A stretch of 64,000 nt of DNA from positions 34,279 to 98,278 of the forward strand of contig JALRJE010000016.1 of assembly GCA_023268965.1 (NCBI GenBank), read 5' to 3'. A program made the translations under genes and the position numbers. This document shows, piece after piece, positions 9,025 to 18,982 of the stretch (position 1 is its first letter; each line of letters opens with the position of its first letter). Source of the stretch: Crocinitomicaceae bacterium (GTDB taxonomy: Bacteria; Bacteroidota; Bacteroidia; Flavobacteriales_D; Crocinitomicaceae). Under the pieces are notes generated by a model that was given only the letters and a program-made list of their open reading frames with translations, searched no databases and had not been told where the DNA came from.

Positions 9025-11694
9025 CTACCGCAGCAAGTTAATAATACCTTCGCGTTGTCTTCGGATGTACGGCTCATGACAAGGCCTAAATTTCAATACA
9101 TAGTTATAAACACCGTCTTGACACGCTAAACCATTATTAGTAGTGCCGTCCCAGCCCTCATCGGCATTCTGACTAATAAAAACCCGCTCACCCCAACGAT
9201 TGAAGATTTCTAAAGACCAATCGCTTACCTCGAAATCAGTGACCACTTTAAATAGTTCATTGCGGCCATCCCCATCCGGAATGAAAGTATTGGGCGCATA
9301 AATACTAAACGGCTCCACCTCAATACTTGCAAATGCAGTGTCAGTACAGCCGAAAGCATTAGCGACAACTTGATAAGGGAAATCTGTTCCACTATGCTGG
9401 TAAGCATGGATAAAACTGGCCGTGTTGTATTGATACGCGTTGTCTTCTACAAAATATTGATAGGTAAGCGCATCTTGAGATAAGTCTGTAAATAGCACCT
9501 CATTCTGACAGACATCAACTTTTTCTGGGCTAAGAGAAAAACCTGCTTGTGGCCTTGGGTGAACGGTAATTAAATCTTGTTGTGCCATGAATAGGGTATC
9601 CATACACCCATATTGCTGCATGAGCGTGAGGGTCACGGTATAATTACCCGGTAGGCTATAGGCATGAAAAATGCTCGTTCCTTGTACTTCTGTGCCATCT
9701 CCTAAATTCCAAATATAAGTAGTTGGAACATCACTTTGACTCAAATTAACAAACTGCGCCTCAGAGGGTGCACATAGGAGCGAATTCACGAACACAAAAT
9801 CGATATTCGGATGACCAAAAACCCTAACCACCTCAACAAGTGTATCGGTACACATTGAATTCTGCCCAATAAGCAAAACTTGCAAGGTGCCATTCTGGTT
9901 GAAAAGAACGCTATTGCCCGTTAGTTGATTGCTATTTGAAGGCACAGCATTAGGGCCAAAATCCCACCAATAGGTAGTTCCTGCAGGTCCAGAAACCTGT
10001 GCATCAAAAGAAAAAAACTGATCCATACAAAGTGAATCTGAATGGGTGGCACTCAGTAGGATGGGCTCGCCAATTGGTACAGTTACGGTTGCGGTGTCTA
10101 AACAAACTGATGACGAACCTGCAATGAGAGTTACCTGATAAATGCCGGGTCCGGGATAGGTTGTTGTAGGGGCCGGTAAAACGCTGGTCTGTCCATTTCC
10201 AAAATCCCAAAAAAAGAGATTACTGTTCTGAGTAGCATTGTCAAATTGAATGGTGTAACCCAAACACGCTACTTGGGGCGGAACAATTATAGCGGCCAAT
10301 GGCGCTCCAAAAATATAAATGGAATCTAAAAAAGTTTGTTGGCAATAAGTTGTATTTGCCTCGAGTAAAATACTGTGAAAACCTGCTGTATCAAATTCTA
10401 CATTGGGCACATTAGTGCCATTCGCTTGGGCAATTGATGCGCTTGTAGGAAAGGTCCAAGTTAATTGCGCGGTGGGTTCTGAAACTTGAGCAGTAAAATC
10501 AAAGGAATTTCCTAAAAAACATAAAGAATCTGGCGCTTGCCATTCCAATTGTAGAGGGTCGTTAACGATGAGCTCTATGTATGCGGTATCTGTACAATTT
10601 TGCCCTGGATTGACAATTAACTGCGCCGTGTATATCCCCGGGCTTGGATAAGTAAAAGTAGGCTCAAATAGATTACTGATATCTCCATTTGTTCCAGGAA
10701 CACCAAAATCCCACACATAATTGGTGCCGCCATATGAAAGATTGTCGAACTGAACTGTCAAGCCAGCACAATATCCATTAAAATTGGGCAGCTGGGCTTG
10801 TTGAGGAAGTATAGCAGCAAGCTGGATATTACAATCAAAAACGCGAAATAAAAAATCTCGAATTGTTTCGCCAATAAGCTGTCCGTTTCTAAATTCTTGA
10901 ACGCGCACACCGACAACAAAGAGCCCAATCAAATTTGGACTAACCGTCAATAAACCTGTATTCGGATGAATAACTGTCGATGAGCCCGGCCCTAGAGGAA
11001 CTTGGGCATTGAAATTAGCCTGCCAAGTAACAGGAAAATATGGAGGAGGGGGCATTTGCAAGGGTTGCGGATTACCTGAAGTAGCTCCGGCATAAGGGGT
11101 TACCAACGAATAGACGAGCTGATCACCGTCGGGGTCCGTAGCCGCATGATCAAATACCAATTGATCGTTGTTACACAACAATACAGGCGGGTAATTATTG
11201 AAGCGCGGACTGCTATTGATACTAGCACCCGTATTTGAACCAGGAATTTGCGCAACTAATGTAAGGCCGGTGTCATCGGGGAATTGCAAATTGGTAATGT
11301 TCGGGCCTCTACAACAACGCTGATACGACACAGTATAACCACCTGGTATGGGTGGGAGCGTTAATACCACTTGATAGATCGACCGTTCTACGCAAATACC
11401 TGATGGCTGCGTGGCACAAGGGTTATTAAAATTGATGGGCAGGACCACGGAACCTGGGAAGGGAACCTGAACTGTTTGATAATGGATATTACCTTGTGTA
11501 AAGATGGAGAGATATAAAGGGTCATCGAATTGAGCTCCAGTAGAAGCGCAATCGCGATAGAGCGTAATAAAAAACCGATACTGATTATTGCCTAGATGGT
11601 CATAATAGATATCCCCACCAATGATATGCGAGGCCGTAGACCACCCCGAAAGTAGCAAAGCAAATGTAAGGAAGAGCTGTTTGATCTTAAACAC
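9025..11694 (-). CDS. T9SS type B sorting domain cargo protein with multiple PKD-like repeats
   Basis: Repeated (Y/F)xWDFG(D/N)G motifs (YVWDFGVPG, FFWDFGNGQ, YWWDFGPN, YIWNLGDGT). The C-terminus NTFIPDGDGRNELFKV...IFNRWGERVF...DGVYNYVLKF matches the gliding motility-associated C-terminal domain (TIGR04131 type). The likely start is the GTG at 11694 (VFKIKQLFLTFALLLSGWSTAS signal). The track extension to 11916 overlaps lpdA and its promoter. Confidence 0.85.
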   Translation of the reverse strand: MFKIKQLFLTFALLLSGWSTASHIIGGDIYYDHLGNNQYRFFITLYRDCASTGAQFDDPLYLSIFTQGNIHYQTVQVPFPGSVVLPINFNNPCATQPSGICVERSIYQVVLTLPPIPGGYTVSYQRCCRGPNITNLQFPDDTGLTLVAQIPGSNTGASINSSPRFNNYPPVLLCNNDQLVFDHAATDPDGDQLVYSLVTPYAGATSGNPQPLQMPPPPYFPVTWQANFNAQVPLGPGSSTVIHPNTGLLTVSPNLIGLFVVGVRVQEFRNGQLIGETIRDFLFRVFDCNIQLAAILPQQAQLPNFNGYCAGLTVQFDNLSYGGTNYVWDFGVPGTNGDISNLFEPTFTYPSPGIYTAQLIVNPGQNCTDTAYIELIVNDPLQLEWQAPDSLCFLGNSFDFTAQVSEPTAQLTWTFPTSASIAQANGTNVPNVEFDTAGFHSILLEANTTYCQQTFLDSIYIFGAPLAAIIVPPQVACLGYTIQFDNATQNSNLFFWDFGNGQTSVLPAPTTTYPGPGIYQVTLIAGSSSVCLDTATVTVPIGEPILLSATHSDSLCMDQFFSFDAQVSGPAGTTYWWDFGPNAVPSNSNQLTGNSVLFNQNGTLQVLLIGQNSMCTDTLVEVVRVFGHPNIDFVFVNSLLCAPSEAQFVNLSQSDVPTTYIWNLGDGTEVQGTSIFHAYSLPGNYTVTLTLMQQYGCMDTLFMAQQDLITVHPRPQAGFSLSPEKVDVCQNEVLFTDLSQDALTYQYFVEDNAYQYNTASFIHAYQHSGTDFPYQVVANAFGCTDTAFASIEVEPFSIYAPNTFIPDGDGRNELFKVVTDFEVSDWSLEIFNRWGERVFISQNADEGWDGTTNNGLACQDGVYNYVLKFRPCHEPYIRRQREGIINLLR

Positions 11695-11718
11695 GGTATA
11701 ACAACGTAAAATTAGGTC

Positions 11719-11749
11719 TTTGGTTGTTCGTTCACAAACAGTAAATTTG
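11719..11749 (+). promoter_or_regulatory. Candidate Bacteroidota sigma-A promoter for lpdA (TTTG-N19-TAAATTTG)
   Basis: TTTG at 11719-11722 and TAAATTTG (fits TAnnTTTG) at 11742-11749 with a 19-nt spacer. The motif ends 15 nt before the lpdA ATG. Confidence 0.45.
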
Positions 11750-11764
11750 TAAAAAATTAAAAAG

Positions 11765-13162
11765 ATGGAAACTTTTGATGTGGTAGTAATTGGTTCGGGT
11801 CCGGGCGGGTATGTTTCTGCATTGCGTTGCGCGCAGCTTGGTCTGAAAACCGCCTTAATAGAAAAATACAAAACACTGGGCGGAACTTGCCTTAATGTAG
11901 GCTGTATTCCATCCAAAGCACTCCTAGATTCTTCCGAACATTTTTATAATGCGCAGCACAACTTTTCGGCACATGGTATTGAAGTAAAAGAACTCAAAGC
12001 CAATTTAGCCCAAATGATTGCAAGAAAAAATGAAGTTGTATCGCAAACCTGCGCAGGTGTAAAATACCTCATGGATAAGAATAAAATTGCAGTTTATCAC
12101 GGTATTGGAAGCTTCATTGATGCACACACAGTTGAAGTCAAAGGGGAGCAAACCACACAACTCAGCGCAAAAAATATCGTCATTGCAACTGGTAGTAAGC
12201 CTAACTACTTTGCAGGTATGGAGCCTGATAAAAAGCGCATCATTACATCGACAGAAGCCCTGAACCTCAGCGAGATTCCCAAAAAAATGTTGGTCATTGG
12301 TGGTGGTGTCATTGGCCTAGAATTAGGTTCTGTATACGCCCGCTTAGGTGCAAACGTCGAAGTTATAGAATTTGCACCGAGTATTCTCCCAACCATGGAT
12401 GCCGGAATTGGTAAAGAATTCACAAAAATTCTGAAAAAAGAAGGTTTCAAATTCCATATGGAGCACAAAGTACTTGGGGTTGTCAATAAAGGCAAACAGG
12501 TCTTGCTCACCGCTGAAAACAAAAAGGGAGAGCAAGTTACTTTCGAGGCTGACTATTGCTTGGTAGCCGTTGGCCGCAAAGCATTTACTGAAGGGCTACA
12601 CCTAGAAAAAGCAGGAGTTCAAGTCAATCAACGAGGCCAAGTAGAGGTCAATGAACACCTTCAAACAGCTGCGCCGCATATCTATGCAATCGGCGATGTT
12701 GTTCAAGGAGCAATGCTTGCCCACAAAGCGGAGGAAGAAGGTGTGTTTGTAGCGGAACAAATAGCCGGACAAAAACCACATATAAACTATAATTTAATCC
12801 CTGGCGTTGTCTACACTTGGCCTGAAATTGCTGCAGTTGGGCAAACTGAAGAACAACTCAAAGCAGCTGGCCACGCCTACAAAGTCGGTTCTTTCCCAAT
12901 CAAAGCCTTAGGACGAGCTCGTGCAAGTATGGATACAAGCGGGTTTGTCAAAATTTTGGCCGATGCCCAAACAGATGAAATACTGGGCGTGCACATGATT
13001 GCGCCGCGCGCCGCAGATTTAATTATGGAAGCCGTAACTGCCATGGAATACCGTGCCTCTGCAGAGGATATCGCGCGCATTTGCCACGGACACCCTACCT
13101 ACTCTGAGGCCGTAAAAGAAGCCGCACTTGCCGCCACTGCAGACCGCGCACTGCATATCTAA
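11765..13162 (+). CDS. lpdA: Dihydrolipoyl dehydrogenase
   Basis: FAD motif GSGPGGY, redox-active GGTCLNVGCIPSK and C-terminal HGHPTYSE. Confidence 0.95.
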   Translation: METFDVVVIGSGPGGYVSALRCAQLGLKTALIEKYKTLGGTCLNVGCIPSKALLDSSEHFYNAQHNFSAHGIEVKELKANLAQMIARKNEVVSQTCAGVKYLMDKNKIAVYHGIGSFIDAHTVEVKGEQTTQLSAKNIVIATGSKPNYFAGMEPDKKRIITSTEALNLSEIPKKMLVIGGGVIGLELGSVYARLGANVEVIEFAPSILPTMDAGIGKEFTKILKKEGFKFHMEHKVLGVVNKGKQVLLTAENKKGEQVTFEADYCLVAVGRKAFTEGLHLEKAGVQVNQRGQVEVNEHLQTAAPHIYAIGDVVQGAMLAHKAEEEGVFVAEQIAGQKPHINYNLIPGVVYTWPEIAAVGQTEEQLKAAGHAYKVGSFPIKALGRARASMDTSGFVKILADAQTDEILGVHMIAPRAADLIMEAVTAMEYRASAEDIARICHGHPTYSEAVKEAALAATADRALHI

Positions 13163-13163
13163 A

Positions 13164-13544
13164 TCAGGGTTTTGGACTAAACGCATCTATTATGTGCGTA
13201 AGGTCTGTATGGTTGCTGTTGTGAACAATTGAAACTACGTCAAACCGAACTTCGTGTGGCCATTCTATTGCTTTGGTATAGTAATTAGCCACCCGTATAA
13301 TTTGTTTTTGTTTGGCAAAATGAACTGCTCGCCATGGCTCGCCGAGTTCTGCGCTATGGCGTGTTTTGACTTCTACCATTACTAAATTTTTACCGTTAGA
13401 CATGATGAGGTCGATTTCCATTCGGTTGAATTTGTAATTGCGCGCTCGAAGGGAATAACCCTTGCCCAACAAGTATTGCAAGGCATAGGCTTCTCCCCAC
13501 TTGCCTAAGACATCGTGTTTCATCTCTGCATTACTTTCCATCAT
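13164..13544 (-). CDS. yraN: YraN family endonuclease-like protein (UPF0102)
   Basis: GEAYALQYLLGKGYSLRARNYK...EIDLIM...LVMVEVKTR is the typical YraN pattern. ~120 aa. Confidence 0.85.
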   Translation of the reverse strand: MMESNAEMKHDVLGKWGEAYALQYLLGKGYSLRARNYKFNRMEIDLIMSNGKNLVMVEVKTRHSAELGEPWRAVHFAKQKQIIRVANYYTKAIEWPHEVRFDVVSIVHNSNHTDLTHIIDAFSPKP

Positions 13545-13594
13545 AGGAACGAAAATAAGCCTAAATTGGTCTTATCTTTACAGTGAAAATACGT

Positions 13595-14827
13595 ATGCGC
13601 AAACAATTTATTAAAAACATCAAAGGTCTTGTCCAAGCAGGAGAAGAGCTGCCCGCTGTACTTCGTGGCCAGCAAATGAACCAACTTGCACTTATTGAAA
13701 ATGCCTATCTTGCATTAGAAGATAATGAAGTCATTGCCTATGGCCCTATGAACGAATGGCCAGGCATTACCGATTGGCGCGATGTAGAAGTCATCGATGC
13801 CACCAACTGCTACGTACTGCCTGCTTTTATTGACTCACACACCCACACAGTTTTTGCCGCCAGCCGGGAAGAAGAATTTGTAGACCGCATTCACGGGCTC
13901 ACCTATGAAGAAATTGCAGCTAAAGGTGGTGGTATACTCAATTCGGCAAAAAAACTCAACCAGATGTCAGAAGAGGCCCTGTACGTGGCGGCGCTTGATC
14001 GAATTCGTCAAATCATTTCTGCAGGTACGGGTGCGCTTGAAATCAAATCTGGATATGGCTTGAGTATAGAAGGTGAGCTCAAAATGTTGCGCGTTATTCA
14101 AAAACTCAAACAAAATGCCCCCGTTCAAATTAAAGCTACATTTCTCGGAGCTCATGCCATCCCTGCCGAATTCAAAAACAACCGCTCTGGATACATCAAG
14201 CTATTAATCGAGGAGCTTCTACCTCTCGTTGCTCAAGAAAATCTAGCAGACTACATTGATGTATTTTGCGAACGCAATTATTTTAGTACCGCCGAAATGG
14301 AACAGCTTTTAGATGCGGGCGCAAAGTACGGGCTCCGGCCAAAAGTACACGTCAATCAATTTTCTGTTTTAGGAGGTGTGGCAGCGGCTATTGCAAAAGG
14401 TGCGGTATCAGTAGATCACCTAGAAGAAATAGACGAAAAAGATTTAGCTGCGCTGTCTAAAAGCAATTGTGTGGCCACTTTGCTACCAGGCTGTTCACAT
14501 TTTTTATCGATTCCGTACGGTGCAGCCAACCGACTCATTGAAGCAAATGCCATAGTTGCACTGGCAAGTGATTTTAACCCCGGATCCTCGCCAAGCTTTG
14601 ACCTCATGCACGTGCTTTCCTTGGCTTGTATCAAAATGAAAATGACACCTCAAGCAGCTATAAATGCACTGACCATTAATGCGGCAGCAGCCATCGAAAT
14701 AAATGAAACACATGGCAAAATTGCCTTGGGAAGAAAGTCTCCAATTATACTGACTAAGGAAATGCCCTCTTTGGCTTACCTGGCTTATGCCTACACAGAA
14801 AACCACATTCAGCGTATTTTTATTTGA
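13595..14827 (+). CDS. hutI: Imidazolonepropionase
   Basis: Amidohydrolase metal motif FIDSHTHTVFA, plus GGGILNS and ASDFNPGSSP. The track start at 13583 is GTG; an ATG at 13595 is 4 codons in. Confidence 0.88.
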   Translation: MRKQFIKNIKGLVQAGEELPAVLRGQQMNQLALIENAYLALEDNEVIAYGPMNEWPGITDWRDVEVIDATNCYVLPAFIDSHTHTVFAASREEEFVDRIHGLTYEEIAAKGGGILNSAKKLNQMSEEALYVAALDRIRQIISAGTGALEIKSGYGLSIEGELKMLRVIQKLKQNAPVQIKATFLGAHAIPAEFKNNRSGYIKLLIEELLPLVAQENLADYIDVFCERNYFSTAEMEQLLDAGAKYGLRPKVHVNQFSVLGGVAAAIAKGAVSVDHLEEIDEKDLAALSKSNCVATLLPGCSHFLSIPYGAANRLIEANAIVALASDFNPGSSPSFDLMHVLSLACIKMKMTPQAAINALTINAAAAIEINETHGKIALGRKSPIILTKEMPSLAYLAYAYTENHIQRIFI

Positions 14828-14841
14828 TTAACTTTGATACT

Positions 14842-16062
14842 ATGCGTATTGCACTCCTTATATTCGCCATTCTTTGCCTCGAAACTAGTCAAGCGCAGCT
14901 CCTAGACCTCGAAAAAGAATTGTTATGGGAGGTCTCTAGTCCAAAATCTACTGTAAAATCCTATTTTTTTGGAACACTCCACGCCAACGACCGTGCATTA
15001 TTTGAACTTTCTGATAGTGTATATATTGCTTTTGATCAAGCTCAAAAGATAGTCCTCGAAACCGATATTTATCAACTTTTTTCGGTCATGGATACCCGTA
15101 AGGTCTTGCCAGAGACACGCTTTGACGACAAGGGTAAATCCTATACAAACCTAGATATCAGCTCCAAAACACTTTATGGAAACGAAGATGGTATGCCACA
15201 ATTTTTGGACGCCTATTTCAATGTACTAGGGCTGCAACTTCAGAAAGAGATCGTGGCGCTCGAAAACATAAAAGATCAATATGCGCTTTCCAATGAATTC
15301 AAACTAAGCGAGCAACGCATCATCGATAACCAAATCAATACGTTTACCCAAGAAAAACTGTTGGCATTGTATCTGCGTGGCGACCTCGATGCCCTACAAC
15401 GCTTTATGAAATCCTATCTTTCCATACAAGAACAACTATACAATGAAGTGATCGTGCAACGCAACCTTCAAATGCGCGACAAACTTCTTGACTTACTTCA
15501 AGAGCCCACCCCTTTCTTTTGCGCAGTAGGAGCAGGTCATTTAGGCGGTGAAGACGGCATTCTTCAATTACTTAGAGCACGTGGTTACCGCGTTCGGCCT
15601 GTACAATGGAGTATCCAAGAAAAAGCGCCAAGCAGTAAAACCTTGATTAAAAAACAAACGGAATCTATTTACACAGATTCGCTTTCTGGTTTGATCGCTA
15701 AATTTCCAGGAAAACCCTTGGCTGAAGTGACCCCAGATGGAAATCTAAAACTTATTTATCGAGAATTAGGCCAAGGCAACACCTATGAAATTACGCGCTA
15801 CAATATCGACGCTACCATAAGCTACGAAGAGATAGCAAGCATCTATATTAATCCGCCAGACGGGACAAGCATCACTAAAAAAATAATGGATAACGGGGCT
15901 ATGATTTTTCAGGGGTTATCCGATACCTATCCAGAAGGTCTAAATTTTGTACAGATCAAATTTGGCGCTGCGCACTACGCAGTAATTAAATGCTACGGAG
16001 GCCATAAATTCATGCACTCAAATAGGCCTCTTTCTTTCTTTGATAAAGTTTGGTTTGATTGA
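14842..16062 (+). CDS. TraB/GumN family protein (secreted)
   Basis: Carries the GTLHANDRA and AVGAGHLGGEDGILQLLRARGYRV motifs. Signal peptide MRIALLIFAILCLETSQA|Q from the ATG at 14842 (the track start at 14824 is TTG). Confidence 0.8.
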   Translation: MRIALLIFAILCLETSQAQLLDLEKELLWEVSSPKSTVKSYFFGTLHANDRALFELSDSVYIAFDQAQKIVLETDIYQLFSVMDTRKVLPETRFDDKGKSYTNLDISSKTLYGNEDGMPQFLDAYFNVLGLQLQKEIVALENIKDQYALSNEFKLSEQRIIDNQINTFTQEKLLALYLRGDLDALQRFMKSYLSIQEQLYNEVIVQRNLQMRDKLLDLLQEPTPFFCAVGAGHLGGEDGILQLLRARGYRVRPVQWSIQEKAPSSKTLIKKQTESIYTDSLSGLIAKFPGKPLAEVTPDGNLKLIYRELGQGNTYEITRYNIDATISYEEIASIYINPPDGTSITKKIMDNGAMIFQGLSDTYPEGLNFVQIKFGAAHYAVIKCYGGHKFMHSNRPLSFFDKVWFD

Positions 16063-16077
16063 TAAAAACATAGAGCC

Positions 16078-18876
16078 ATGAAGTTTCTAGATCAATTAGC
16101 CACCCAAATTCTAGGCAAAGCCTATGCTTCAAAGTCTATAACAGTCATTCTTCCTTCTGAACGCGCCAAGCGCTACCTGCTCAATGCACTTTTTCATGTC
16201 AATGGTGGCCCTTTAATTGCGCCAAACGTGCTCACAATAGACCAATGGGTCGTTTCTTTGAGTACAAAAACCATTGCACACCCCACCAGCACATTACTCG
16301 CCTTGTATCAAGTATACGTCTCCACACTCAAAGAAAATGCGCTTTCGTTTGAAGATTTTCTTACTTGGGGACCTATTCTGCTCTCGGATTTCGACGACGT
16401 AGATCGCTATTTAGTTGATCATCAGCAACTTTATCAAAATTTAGCTTCCATTAAAGCCTTAGAAAGTTGGCAAATCGATGAAGAAGGCTATTCTGCCTCG
16501 CAGCAAAAGTTTATGCAATTTTGGGAACTCATTCCGGCGTTGCACCAAGGCCTTCAGAAGATCAATACAGAACAAAATAGCTGTTCTAAAGCACAGGCAT
16601 ATCGGCAACTCGCCGAAAACCCTGTGCAGTTCTTCGATGCCGGTATGCATTTTATTTTCGCGGGCTTCAATGCACTTTCAGCAGCAGAGCAACGCATTAT
16701 TAAATACCTCATCGATAAAAAACAAGGTGAGTTCATCATCGATACCGATGCCTATTACTTTGAAAATAAATTCCATGAAGCGGGCCATTTTCAAAGAAAA
16801 AATCTTCAATATTTTGAGCAAAAACCTCCTGCCAACCTTCCAAATCATCTTCAACAAGAGGCTTATGATATCAAAGTCATCGAATGCGCGCAGCATATCG
16901 GTCAAGTGAAGGTCTTGGCTACCGAGCTCATAGAAAACCCCGTGCCTGACTGGAGTGAAGTTCTGGTGTTGTTAGCTGATGAGACATTGGTTCATGCTGC
17001 CATCCGAAATATTCCCAAAATTGTTGGGCAAGCCAATATAACACTTGGTCTACCCCTAGACCAAACACCCATTAGAACTTGGATAGACCTCTGTTTTCAA
17101 TTGCAAGAAAACCAGCTCAAATTTAAATCCAAAGCACTCTACCACAAAGATTTTCAACGTTTTTGCCATCATGCATTTATTTCTTTAGCGTTTGATCCCC
17201 AACAACTCAAACAGCTTGCTGCAGCCGAAAAAAACACCATCAAATACAACCGCGTTTTCCAGCGCGTAGATCAACTCAAGTTAGACCAGCAAGTACTCGA
17301 GATACTCACGATAATGAGCACCAACTGGGACAACAATTGGAAATTTGCACTTCAACAACTACAGCTATTAAATAAGTTATTATTACAGCTTATTCCAGAA
17401 GGAAATGACTTCGAAAGAACGGCGATTTTAACATTTGAACAAGCTTGCAGGCAATTTATACAATTAATAGACAACGCTTTTCCGGAAATGGCACTGAGTA
17501 GTTTCAAAAAGCTCTTTTACCAGCACTGGACGCGCGCTAACCTCGCCTACCTAGGAAGCCCAACAAATGGCCTGCAACTTACCGGACTTTTGGAAACGCG
17601 CTTACTCGATTTTCAACGCATTTATGTGCTCGGCATGAACGAAGGGAAATTACCCCCAACCAATCCGATTCAAAGTATCATTCCAATGGACCTTCGTTCT
17701 GCATTTGGTTTGCCCAACAACAGAGACAAACAAGGTCTCTTTGCACAGCACTTTTATCGGCTTTTGCACCAAGCCCGAGAGCTCGTCTTTACCTATACGT
17801 CCACGAGTGAAATTTTAGGTAGCCATGAAAGAAGCAGATACCTGTTGCAGTTACAGATGGAGTGGTTACAGCAAAACCCGAATGTTACTTGGAAAGAATA
17901 CTTCTATCAAATACCGAGCACTGAGCAGCGTTTAGAACAAACACTTATTCCCAAATCAGAGGCTATTCAAGCGCGCATCAAAACATATCTCAAAGGAAAT
18001 GTTTCTGCCTCTGCGCTGCGTAAATTTGTAACTTGCCCTTTAGATTTTTATTATCGGTATGTGGTTGAGTTCGGTGAAGAAGACGAAGTTGAAGAAGATA
18101 TTGCGACGAGTACTTTTGGCTCCTTGATTCATAGTTGTCTTGAAGAACTCTATACCCCCCACGCCCATCGCGATCAAAATAACCAATTGCTTATTCCTGC
18201 TCCTGGGCCTTTGACACCCGCGCACGTATCAAAAATGCTCACTGCTTACCCCGAGGTATTGCGCAAGCATTTTATGAAATATTTCGACAATAACGCCGCA
18301 CTTTTTGCGCGCGGAAAAAACCTTTTAAGTTTTGAGATGGCGCTAGACCTGACCAAACAAGTATTGCTCAAAGAACTTGCCTTCTTGAAAAATTTAAAAG
18401 AACCCCTTTTTATTGAGCAACTCGAAGCAAAGTTTGAACTCGATTATACAGTTCAGCTTCAACAAGAAATTGTATCCATTCATTTTGTAGGGTTTATCGA
18501 CCGCATTGACCGTATTGGTGCTGACCATTACCGTGTCATCGACTACAAATCTGGTAAAGTCAAAGATACTGATGTCAAAATGAGTTCAAAAAATGATGCG
18601 TATACCAATCTGACAAAACCCAAACACGCCTTGCAACTTTGCTTATATAGCCTTCTTTTTAATGAACAATACGGGTGCTTACCGGCTGAGGCAAGAATCG
18701 AATCATTGATCAATAGGGACGAAGAATTTGCACTCGCATTTGACCAGCAAGCATATTTACATGACATTCCAAGCCTTTTTGACGAAGGCCTCCAAACCCT
18801 AATCGAAAATTTACTGGATGATCAAAAAGCCTTTGAACACAATCCAGACGCGAAGTACTGCCAATTTTGCACATAA
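16078..18876 (+). CDS. PD-(D/E)XK nuclease family protein, AddB-like (932 aa)
   Basis: C-terminal nuclease core FVGFIDRIDR...VIDYKSGK, with Cys residues at VTCPLDFYY and terminal KYCQFC. The long helical N-terminal region resembles an inactivated helicase, as in AddB/RexB-like proteins. Confidence 0.75.
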   Translation: MKFLDQLATQILGKAYASKSITVILPSERAKRYLLNALFHVNGGPLIAPNVLTIDQWVVSLSTKTIAHPTSTLLALYQVYVSTLKENALSFEDFLTWGPILLSDFDDVDRYLVDHQQLYQNLASIKALESWQIDEEGYSASQQKFMQFWELIPALHQGLQKINTEQNSCSKAQAYRQLAENPVQFFDAGMHFIFAGFNALSAAEQRIIKYLIDKKQGEFIIDTDAYYFENKFHEAGHFQRKNLQYFEQKPPANLPNHLQQEAYDIKVIECAQHIGQVKVLATELIENPVPDWSEVLVLLADETLVHAAIRNIPKIVGQANITLGLPLDQTPIRTWIDLCFQLQENQLKFKSKALYHKDFQRFCHHAFISLAFDPQQLKQLAAAEKNTIKYNRVFQRVDQLKLDQQVLEILTIMSTNWDNNWKFALQQLQLLNKLLLQLIPEGNDFERTAILTFEQACRQFIQLIDNAFPEMALSSFKKLFYQHWTRANLAYLGSPTNGLQLTGLLETRLLDFQRIYVLGMNEGKLPPTNPIQSIIPMDLRSAFGLPNNRDKQGLFAQHFYRLLHQARELVFTYTSTSEILGSHERSRYLLQLQMEWLQQNPNVTWKEYFYQIPSTEQRLEQTLIPKSEAIQARIKTYLKGNVSASALRKFVTCPLDFYYRYVVEFGEEDEVEEDIATSTFGSLIHSCLEELYTPHAHRDQNNQLLIPAPGPLTPAHVSKMLTAYPEVLRKHFMKYFDNNAALFARGKNLLSFEMALDLTKQVLLKELAFLKNLKEPLFIEQLEAKFELDYTVQLQQEIVSIHFVGFIDRIDRIGADHYRVIDYKSGKVKDTDVKMSSKNDAYTNLTKPKHALQLCLYSLLFNEQYGCLPAEARIESLINRDEEFALAFDQQAYLHDIPSLFDEGLQTLIENLLDDQKAFEHNPDAKYCQFCT

Positions 18877-18880
18877 AAAA

Positions 18881-18905
18881 ACCTGGAAGAATATTCCAGG
18901 TTTTG
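18881..18905 (+). terminator. Rho-independent terminator-like hairpin after the nuclease gene
   Basis: ACCTGGAA-gaata-TTCCAGGT (8-bp stem) followed by TTTG, 5 nt after the stop. Confidence 0.6.
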
Positions 18906-18982
18906 TCTGCAAGATAATTAAAACCAAAATGAACAATGACTTGCTCTTTTAATAGAGACGTCATGACGTACTTATTGGTTGC

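Noticed and set aside
11695-11916. 5' extension of the PKD/type B cargo ORF overlapping lpdA
   Set aside because: The extension encodes no signal peptide, lies antisense to the first ~150 nt of lpdA and covers the candidate lpdA promoter. A GTG at 11694 immediately precedes a good signal peptide.
13595-14827. hutI without hutH/hutU/hutG neighbours as a possible orphan or repurposed amidohydrolase
   Set aside because: The sequence has the full imidazolonepropionase motif set. Scattered hut genes are plausible in this phylum, and I cannot judge this from one window.
16078-18876. PD-(D/E)XK nuclease as a possible anti-phage defence gene
   Set aside because: Its size and layout fit the housekeeping AddB/RexB-like recombination nuclease. 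The flanking genes (hutI, TraB/GumN, LysE) are not defence-associated, and no methylase, ATPase or helicase partner is adjacent.
18958-18969. Perfect 12-bp palindrome ACGTCATGACGT downstream of the 145-aa ORF
   Set aside because: About 16 perfect 12-bp palindromes are expected by chance in 64 kb (1 in 4^6 positions). It has no loop and no T-run, so it is not a terminator, and it matches no regulator consensus I know.
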